A DNA stretch of 64,000 bases from IMG/VR virus record IMGVR_UViG_3300045131_001276, positions 6,182-70,181 of that record; one strand, 5' to 3'. Of this stretch, positions 57,501-64,000 are shown one piece after another (within the stretch, counting starts at the first letter, position 1; each line of letters opens with the position of its first letter). The stretch is from a virus. The notes beneath the pieces are model-generated. The model saw only the letters and a list, made by a program, of their open reading frames with translations, searched no databases and had not been told where the DNA came from. The translations under genes were made by a program, and so were the position numbers.

Positions 57501-59964
57501 GCTCTATACATCTACATTACAGGCTGATACCGAATATTGGGTTTATTTGGCGAACCGTGACTCCCGATTTAAGGATGACATTCCCGGCGGTGTCTACGAT
57601 TACAGGGGCAGGTTGTTTTGTAGTGGAACATCGCCGTCCAACAATTATCTTGGCGAGGCTGGTTTAGGTTTACACGCCATTTTAATTGGCAAGGCTGAGA
57701 CAGATAACAATACCAAATTCCGGCACGAACTGGATGTGTCTTTAGTGTCTAGGCAATCGGACCTTAAAGAGACGTTCCGTGAGTTTTCTGATTTCGATTT
57801 AACCTATACCGACGAGGACACGTTAACGCTTGAGCGGATTTATGGAACTTATGGACAGATTTATATCCCTGAGAGCCTGTATTACATTGGCGAGAATCGG
57901 GAAGTCTACACAACCAGCCCAAGGATTGAAGTAGATGTTAACGAAAATCTTGTTTATGATACCTCTACCATAGATATAAACACGCTCTATTACGTCTATA
58001 TTGCCGCAGATTCGGATGTCTATAATTTTAACGAGATTAATATTGTCACTAATTTGCCATGGCATCCCGAAGACAGCGATCCAACACCTTCATTATATGA
58101 CGCTGACAAGGACTTTCGGTTGTGGATGTTCCTTTCTACCAAAGAACCGGAAGAAGGGCGATTAGCTGAAACCTATCAAGGTTTCTGGGCAAGACATATC
58201 GGACAGGTTCGCACCGACGGCACAGGCAAATTCATCTATTCCGGGGGTGTGAGCGCAATCAGACAGGCTACGTTAAACCCGACCTATTTTGACGGACTCG
58301 CTGAGATTAGTATTCTGGGTGTAACAACAACAACATTCAAGATTATCCGAAAGCGTGGCACTTCTGGCATCGTTATGGTGGGGAGCAAGGGAACGCTTAC
58401 CTACGATGCTGATAATCCTTCGGTTCATACCGTCACAACAGCAGACACGGTCTATACCTATACCGAAGCCAACCCAAGTAGCCCATTAAGTTCAACAGGG
58501 ACTATCCTTGATCTTTACATTGGCAGAGAAAAATATGTTTACCTTGCTAATGATAATGATTGTTGGGGTAGCCTGAAAAACAGGACATTCCTATGTGATA
58601 TTGAACCGACCGACGCATATCTGAGCCAGAATTTCCCTGGAAATAACGCAAGGTGGATTTGCACCGTTAACTTGGCGGCAGGAACCAAAGGCGCCGAACT
58701 CATTACCAACGGTAATTTCGTTAATAGTAACGATTGGGACGGGCAAAGCGGTTGGGGATGGTCCGAGGCCAACCTGAACGCATATCATAATACTGGCAAT
58801 ACGTTTTCACTGGACCAAGTGTCTATGACAGTGGTTGCTGGTGGAACGTATGAGGTTGCTGTCACGGTATCTGGTGTTGGAGCAGGCAGTGTAACACCCA
58901 AGCTTGGAAATACGCTCGGAACAGCCATTACGTCAGCGCAACGCAGTGTGCAATACATAATCGCCACGAATACTGACGTGTTGAAATTCGTGCCAACAAG
59001 CACGTTCAATGGGGCGGTTGATACCGTAACCTGCTTTAAGGTTGAACATGGCGCTTTTACCGGCTCGTATATTACCGATTCGATAGCCAAGACAATACCT
59101 GTATTTGATGACACAATAGTTTCCTCAACAGCGGGTTGGACCAGCAATAAAATCATGCAGGTTATAAACGACGCATTAGGTGTTTCCGGCACTACGTCCG
59201 TGTTTAACGCCCAGAAGACCGGCGGCCTGAATGTCCGACTGGAATATCTTGACACAACGACAGTGCGGTTAATCCCTACGTCTGGCCAGGACAGCTATAT
59301 TGTATTCCCAGACTTGTCATTCAGGACCATCCCTGCCGCGGGAATTACGTTAACCGTAAGCGGTTCAGCTAATACCAGATATTATGTGTATCTGACAAGT
59401 TCCTCGTTTTATATGTCCACGACAGCCCCGGACAATTTCTACACGAAACTTGAAACGCTAGGCACAGCCACAATCCAGGTTGGCGATATTTGCATGACCA
59501 GCACGAACACCATGTCTGGTGCATGGAATGTGTGTAGTAGCCATCAGGAACCGACAAGGGAATGGTCCTACGAAATTGACAACAATAACTCACAGGTATG
59601 TCCGTCAAGCATGATACTTAGTAAACGAGGAGCCATATCTGCAAGATTGACCGGATACCTAACCTGTTATTGGCAATTCACTATAAACATAGGGAATAGT
59701 TACCAACAAGGAGGGAGTGGTTACGTTAATGTAAATCCGTGCGATGGCGAAAGAAATACCCCCTGGACATGGCTGTATGGATATACTGGATATTTTATTA
59801 CAGTGACCTCGTTAAACAGTAACATTCAAGAAGGATTAGGAAGTAATATTACATATATAGATTCATGCCAATGGTATTCTAACTATTCAAGTGGTTCAAG
59901 CGGGGGGTCTGGGAATATATCTTCTCGTAACAACCAGGTAGTCCTTACTCGTAGCGCAACATAA
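54547..59964 (+). CDS. very large modular tail fibre/appendage protein
   Basis: 1805 aa; four ~127-aa helical repeats, repeated Y.VY(L/I)A beta modules, CBM-like insert. Confidence 0.7.
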   Translation: MLNSLLMINFYSFFQRYWNEKYSLTASNATIGIAQTSLVYISGRIESDDTTANQTLISNEATAQTAYIEAFRGNRAGILSDEQLAAFLLSFESAKAARRTILPNVEPYINSLKSTTQSAMSVEQKQLEDWEISLNTYRRRATEKIPIAEAGIAEAKANILAIQEAIDVIDEFETNINVFVDAMESDLDLIETTGVPPVSYQDIIDASQYTYDGTYSDEVNHISPEGNLYGQTTTVREVEHLYWWAGEEWNRIPDEVDQAASVALLPTDRPFGEIFRVPSTRYNATTSSYEWDYYLSTGDGWELMNEYWEIDGVNNLPALGYKVGDYHKVIERLVTVKWDGYEWNRLSLSSFDDDIGLTTGIADIVATASDLRGDHNELVESFLGEQISTANNFNDIVKFATITDKQLTTNIAKLITDVNAFTVDTAITQTEADNLELDLNLIESESTKVINVATELGVVAEKATYLSALANLQSELEHWIDLPSYPFTWAAQDKSDILFAANELEDRRVDLHAALAEEFDGSIVDYTVEQIVDVNQAIGNVEEDISEFSDDGFITFVEAKALKISFIQLEAESTDIVAIATALEVESGVTWPEKTAYTNALTALETELGDWIDQPEASYPIHVVSNDRTQINDALALVKSTRDTLAKKIRDNDREYVVDQIGDVTEALGDLQDDVLEFSDDGFLTYTESVELQRSLAELNKESLDLIAIATSLGITIEKANYEAALSNLTNSINTWIGLASYPAVITTNQRTDLITRLETTQNTKSLLANEIGRKRQEDVAKYVNNQIADANSSQTALYNDWNDRVSDDSVTSAEAANLRLLIAQYLYEVDALKAIADGVSLTALALTYQNAGIALAAGINSIINTTYVYPLAVTSNQKAAIEALFVTAKSTKKALIDALTATSTYGVGGSGFDVSQFRKVYDGFIRGFTPELRLVYISQNELSLQPNYGDFDYLKVNDQNIEASKRTSVFTFTPVLGWNENAQALYTSTLQADTEYWVYLANRDSRFKDDIPGGVYDYRGRLFCSGTSPSNNYLGEAGLGLHAILIGKAETDNNTKFRHELDVSLVSRQSDLKETFREFSDFDLTYTDEDTLTLERIYGTYGQIYIPESLYYIGENREVYTTSPRIEVDVNENLVYDTSTIDINTLYYVYIAADSDVYNFNEINIVTNLPWHPEDSDPTPSLYDADKDFRLWMFLSTKEPEEGRLAETYQGFWARHIGQVRTDGTGKFIYSGGVSAIRQATLNPTYFDGLAEISILGVTTTTFKIIRKRGTSGIVMVGSKGTLTYDADNPSVHTVTTADTVYTYTEANPSSPLSSTGTILDLYIGREKYVYLANDNDCWGSLKNRTFLCDIEPTDAYLSQNFPGNNARWICTVNLAAGTKGAELITNGNFVNSNDWDGQSGWGWSEANLNAYHNTGNTFSLDQVSMTVVAGGTYEVAVTVSGVGAGSVTPKLGNTLGTAITSAQRSVQYIIATNTDVLKFVPTSTFNGAVDTVTCFKVEHGAFTGSYITDSIAKTIPVFDDTIVSSTAGWTSNKIMQVINDALGVSGTTSVFNAQKTGGLNVRLEYLDTTTVRLIPTSGQDSYIVFPDLSFRTIPAAGITLTVSGSANTRYYVYLTSSSFYMSTTAPDNFYTKLETLGTATIQVGDICMTSTNTMSGAWNVCSSHQEPTREWSYEIDNNNSQVCPSSMILSKRGAISARLTGYLTCYWQFTINIGNSYQQGGSGYVNVNPCDGERNTPWTWLYGYTGYFITVTSLNSNIQEGLGSNITYIDSCQWYSNYSSGSSGGSGNISSRNNQVVLTRSAT

Positions 59965-59980
59965 CGGAGGCAACCAATTA

Positions 59981-60082
59981 ATGCCATACGAACCAACTTT
60001 AATAAACAGATACAATGACCCACAGACCGATCCGCCAACGCTTAAATATAACACCACGGCCAACGGCCAGGAGGCCAGATGA
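59981..60082 (+). pseudogene. 33-aa ORF duplicating the N-terminus of the next gene
   Basis: MPYEPTLINRYNDPQTDPP vs MSFYTPLLINLFNDLEADPP; GGAGG SD; ATGA overlap. Confidence 0.5.
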
Positions 60083-61938
60083 GCTTTTACACTCCACTAC
60101 TAATTAACCTCTTCAACGACCTCGAAGCAGACCCGCCGATCTACGAAGACCTGGTGGGCGAGGCGATGGCCAAGGTCAACGAGAACTTCGCCGCGATTGA
60201 CGGGGCGATGAATACGGCGTTGAATGGGTTGGACCCGCAGAACTCCGTGACAACGAAAACCCTATCCGCAGCGCCAACAACCGGATTGACGGTTGGGGCA
60301 AGGTATATTGTCAAGGCGACCCCAACATCAGGCGACCCGTGGGAAGGCCACACAAACCACATTGCGGAACTAACGGCGACATCGCCCGCATACGCATGGG
60401 AGTTTATTACCCCAAACAAGGGCTTTAATCTGACGGTTGAAGATGAGAACCTCGAATACGTTTATACCGATAGCGGCTGGGCGAGCAGACCGTCAACGGT
60501 AAGCCACAACGCATTGAACGCCATACAGGGCGGGTCTAACACGGAACGGTATCACGTAAGCGAAGCGGTTTCGATTGGCCTTGCCGCAGGGTATTTACCG
60601 GCATCTGGAGAGAAGGCTGCGCTGGCGGGAACGCAGGGAACACCGGGCGATGGGAATAGGTTTGTCACGACTACGGATGCGAGGCTCGCTACCATTGTCT
60701 TACAAACCGTTACAGGCACTGCAGGGCTGGATCTAGTGAAGTATAATCTGTGCTATTCAAATACCGCTGACAGCGGAAAATGGCATAAGTGCAGCCCGAG
60801 CGGGACATCAGACGAAGCCAGGGTCCAGGGCATTGTCTATTCAGCCGACATTGACGAGGACGACACTGGCACGATTGTTATCTCGCGCGCCGTCTTAACG
60901 GATGAGACATGGACATGGACACCAGGGGCGCCGTTATATCTTGGCGCTGGCGGGACAATAACTGAAACATCAACCGGCAGTAATGTGTCGATTGGGTTTG
61001 CGTTGTCGCCCACGGAGATACAATTCACACCCAGCGAGCCTGTTACCGCTGCGTCAGTAGGTCTGGGCAATGTAACCAATAATGCACAATTGACTACTGC
61101 ACAACTTGCGGCGGCCAGCGGTGTAGCGTCGTTAGACGTATCCAGCAAAGTGGTGCAAGACCCGGCCAACGCAACAGCAACCAAGACAGCATCAAAGATA
61201 CCTATTGCGGATGGTTCAGGCTATATAAATGCTTGGATACAAACAGGCTCTACATCAGGGACCATGTGCGCAGGAGATGATAGCAGATTATCAGATGCAG
61301 GATTAATAATTGACGCAGCTACGGCCAAAAACACCCCTGTTGATGCTGACTGTTTGGCTTTATCAGATTCAGCGGCAACACCAACTGCGGGAATACTTAA
61401 AAAGCTATCGTGGTCATACGTTAAATCAGTATTAAAAACTTACTTCGATGGTTTATACGTTGTCGTTGCGGGGGATATAGGTGGAACAGTTACCTCACCC
61501 ACAGTTACGGGTATTCACTCAGGCATTACAGCATTAGCAATATCAACCATAGCCGACGGTCAATTCCTTAAACGTGTAGGCACAGATATAGTTAGCGCAA
61601 CGGCAGGGGCGTTTAACGTAGCGTTAATTTCTTTTACACAGGCTACATCTTCCCCTGCGTTATTGTTAGACCCGCCTAATGGGGCTGTGTTAACTAAAAT
61701 AGTGGTTGTAGTTGATACTGCCGGGTCTACTGGGTCGCCGACATGCTCAGTAGGTGTGAGCGGAACTGCTGGCAGAGATATGGCCACGACTGATTCTGAC
61801 CTAAAAATACAAGGGACATATATTGTTGAACCCTATACAGCGTGCGGGACAGACGGCGCAAATATTAGTCTAACCATTACACCGGACTCACAAACATTTA
61901 GTTGTCGATGTTACCTGCACTACGCTGTGAGCGCATAA
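60079..61938 (+). CDS. tail fibre protein (DUF2793-like N-region)
   Basis: GARYIV...W.GH..HIA...WEFITP.KG; WTPGAPLYL; GVASLD. Confidence 0.7.
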   Translation: MSFYTPLLINLFNDLEADPPIYEDLVGEAMAKVNENFAAIDGAMNTALNGLDPQNSVTTKTLSAAPTTGLTVGARYIVKATPTSGDPWEGHTNHIAELTATSPAYAWEFITPNKGFNLTVEDENLEYVYTDSGWASRPSTVSHNALNAIQGGSNTERYHVSEAVSIGLAAGYLPASGEKAALAGTQGTPGDGNRFVTTTDARLATIVLQTVTGTAGLDLVKYNLCYSNTADSGKWHKCSPSGTSDEARVQGIVYSADIDEDDTGTIVISRAVLTDETWTWTPGAPLYLGAGGTITETSTGSNVSIGFALSPTEIQFTPSEPVTAASVGLGNVTNNAQLTTAQLAAASGVASLDVSSKVVQDPANATATKTASKIPIADGSGYINAWIQTGSTSGTMCAGDDSRLSDAGLIIDAATAKNTPVDADCLALSDSAATPTAGILKKLSWSYVKSVLKTYFDGLYVVVAGDIGGTVTSPTVTGIHSGITALAISTIADGQFLKRVGTDIVSATAGAFNVALISFTQATSSPALLLDPPNGAVLTKIVVVVDTAGSTGSPTCSVGVSGTAGRDMATTDSDLKIQGTYIVEPYTACGTDGANISLTITPDSQTFSCRCYLHYAVSA

Positions 61939-61939
61939 C

Positions 61940-62560
61940 ATGAGCGAATATGAACTCAGGGTAAAACATGGCGTAGCTAACCTAGGTTCCGGAACCGCAA
62001 ACGCCACTACCTTTCTGCGAGGCGACGGAACATGGGTAGCCGTAGAGGCAGGGGAAGATATTAGTTCATTAGAAGATTCAACCGTTATGCTTGCGTGGGA
62101 TACTTATTCGGATGACAGAGCATTTGACGATATAGCTACCGATTCATTCGCAGACACAACAGGTATTGAGACGGGCAGTTCAAGTGGATATACAGCGTCC
62201 ACTGGTTATATATTCCCCACTGCGTCACAGAACATGGTCTTGGTGAGCCAGGAATGGGAAGCCTCTGCCAACGATCCAAACGATGCCTATGTTGTTTTGA
62301 ACGTCGAACCAATCGACGCTATTACTTTAGGAACTGACCTAAAGGCATATATCTCAATTAATGATGGCACAAATTATGAGGAAATTACTGGACTAACTAC
62401 ATTTCGTGAACTTGGTAATTATGATTTTATTCGAGGCGATTTAACTGGAATTACAGCACGAACAGACAAGACAATCAGGTTAAAGATTGAGGGGCTTAAT
62501 AATGGTTCAAATACTAAACAATTCAAATTACACGCTTGGGCGTTAGGGGTGAAATACTAG
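61940..62560 (+). CDS. fibre-associated protein
   Basis: TFLRGDGTW motif; N-terminus paralogous to next gene. Confidence 0.65.
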   Translation: MSEYELRVKHGVANLGSGTANATTFLRGDGTWVAVEAGEDISSLEDSTVMLAWDTYSDDRAFDDIATDSFADTTGIETGSSSGYTASTGYIFPTASQNMVLVSQEWEASANDPNDAYVVLNVEPIDAITLGTDLKAYISINDGTNYEEITGLTTFRELGNYDFIRGDLTGITARTDKTIRLKIEGLNNGSNTKQFKLHAWALGVKY

Positions 62561-62561
62561 C

Positions 62562-64000
62562 ATGGGAATTGGCGATATCTATAAGAAACGGCTAAAAGCA
62601 TTACCAGCATCATTAGGGACAGGCACACCAAGCGCATCAACATTTCTTCGGGGCGATGGTAGTTGGCAAGAGCCAGTTGCAGCAAGCGATGTTAGTAACC
62701 TCGAAAACACCCTCGCCATGATAGCATGGGACACCTATTCCGCTGATAATGCGTTTGATGATATTTATATTGACGATTTTACAGGTTCCGCAGCGGCTAC
62801 AGTAGACGTTACGACATCACAGATTAGCACAGTAGCGTGGGAAGATATCAACAGTGTCGCTATCACTCAAACCACACCAACTGGCACTGCAAGCAACAGT
62901 GCTATTTACCATGCAGTGAGTTTTGATAATGCGGTGACTTATAAGGTGTTCAAGACTACTTGGCTCACAGTAGCCTACAACAACTCTGGCACATGGCAAT
63001 ACAACAACGCAGGCACGTTAACCAACGCATCCACTAACTCACTAGCAGGTGCATTATCCCAAAGCACGGCACAAACTGCATATAAGTGGACTAAAACTAA
63101 CATAGAAGCTATGTCTGATGCTGATTGGAACGCATCTGGTGGTTGGACTACGAGCGTTACTACACTGGATTGGGCTAAGGTGTTGGTGAGTAGTGATGAT
63201 ACAGCATACATGAGTAATATGTCGGCAGACAACGCTCCCAGCCCTTTAGTAGCCAGTGCTTCAACTGTACATACGACTTATGCAGCATGGTATGCGTTTG
63301 ATGGAGCAAGCGGCACACATTGGTTAGCTACAGCTACAACAGGGTGGCTTAAAATAGACTTAGGGTCTAATATAATTAAGACTACTTATGCTATACAGGC
63401 ACTAACAGGACTACAAACCAGAGCGCCTAGCGCTTGGACTATAGAGGGATCGACTAACAATTCGGATTGGACTACAATTGACACTAGAACAGGACAATCA
63501 TTTTCAGACTGGTCTAGTACTTTCACTATTGCTTCACCAGGATCATATAGGTATTATAGGTTAAATGTTTCTGCTAATCAAGGAGATGCTTCTTATCTGG
63601 GGTTGGCCGAATGGAAACTCTATATAACTGGTTCAGCAGCCCCAACCTTCACCAAAGCCACCATCAATTACGATACCAATTCTGGTGGGGTAGATTCACC
63701 TAACTCAACCTATATCTATGATGCAACTAATTCGTTGTATCGTAGTGGCACTATCACAGGTCTTACCACTGACGTAACTACATCACAGATAGATTGCTCA
63801 AGTTGGGGTGACATAAACTCAGTCGCTATCACACAAACTACACCCACGGGGACTGCGTCTAACTCAGCTATTTACCATGCAGTGAGTTTTGATAATGCGG
63901 TGACTTATAAGGTGTTCAAGACTACTTGGCTCACAGTAGCCTACAACAACTCTGGCACATGGCAATACAACAACGCAGGCACGTTAACCAACGCATCCAC
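62562..64000 (+). CDS. receptor-binding/fibre protein with discoidin (F5/8-like) domain, truncated by window end
   Basis: Open from ATG 62562; TFLRGDGSW; AWYAFDG...GWLKIDLG...YRYYRL; internal duplication. Confidence 0.7.
   Translation, partial: MGIGDIYKKRLKALPASLGTGTPSASTFLRGDGSWQEPVAASDVSNLENTLAMIAWDTYSADNAFDDIYIDDFTGSAAATVDVTTSQISTVAWEDINSVAITQTTPTGTASNSAIYHAVSFDNAVTYKVFKTTWLTVAYNNSGTWQYNNAGTLTNASTNSLAGALSQSTAQTAYKWTKTNIEAMSDADWNASGGWTTSVTTLDWAKVLVSSDDTAYMSNMSADNAPSPLVASASTVHTTYAAWYAFDGASGTHWLATATTGWLKIDLGSNIIKTTYAIQALTGLQTRAPSAWTIEGSTNNSDWTTIDTRTGQSFSDWSSTFTIASPGSYRYYRLNVSANQGDASYLGLAEWKLYITGSAAPTFTKATINYDTNSGGVDSPNSTYIYDATNSLYRSGTITGLTTDVTTSQIDCSSWGDINSVAITQTTPTGTASNSAIYHAVSFDNAVTYKVFKTTWLTVAYNNSGTWQYNNAGTLTNAS
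62901..64000 (+). repeat. exact direct repeat of at least 134 bp (62901-63034 and 63867-64000)
   Basis: Identical by eye, 966 bp apart, in frame. Confidence 0.85.

Noticed and set aside
62806-64000. Diversity-generating retroelement TR/VR pair
   Set aside because: Differences are mostly synonymous and not adenine-specific, both copies are in one ORF, and no reverse transcriptase is in the window

Overview
About 64 kb of a temperate, contractile-tailed (myovirus-like) dsDNA phage, apparently in the excised or free form because attP is intact (3' half of tRNA-Arg(TCG) flanked by arm-type repeats at 25.6-25.9 kb). Layout: end of a rightward late operon (1-586); a long leftward early operon (0.55-18.3 kb: Zn-ribbon paralogues, OMP-like protein, dUTPase/dCTP deaminase, C5 methyltransferase, replication initiator with iterons, RuvC-like resolvase, exonuclease plus RecT/Bet, SNF2 helicase-methyltransferase fusion, DGQHR/ParB-like protein, Cro-like); CI-like repressor, tyrosine integrase, DnaN clamp, a second tyrosine recombinase and small cargo genes (18.4-25.6 kb); then terminase, portal-gpF fusion, capsid, sheath, tube, tape measure, baseplate and fibre genes running off the right end. 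Most notable: (1) an intein in the helicase Walker B motif whose Vsr/DUF559-type endonuclease is encoded in the +1 frame; (2) a C5 methyltransferase with a nested +1-frame beta-subunit-like ORF; (3) one ~100-aa domain inserted in head, sheath (nested) and baseplate proteins, and a CBM-like domain shared by a neck protein and a fibre; (4) two tyrosine recombinases, neither adjacent to attP. All calls come from reading motifs by eye; no database search was run.
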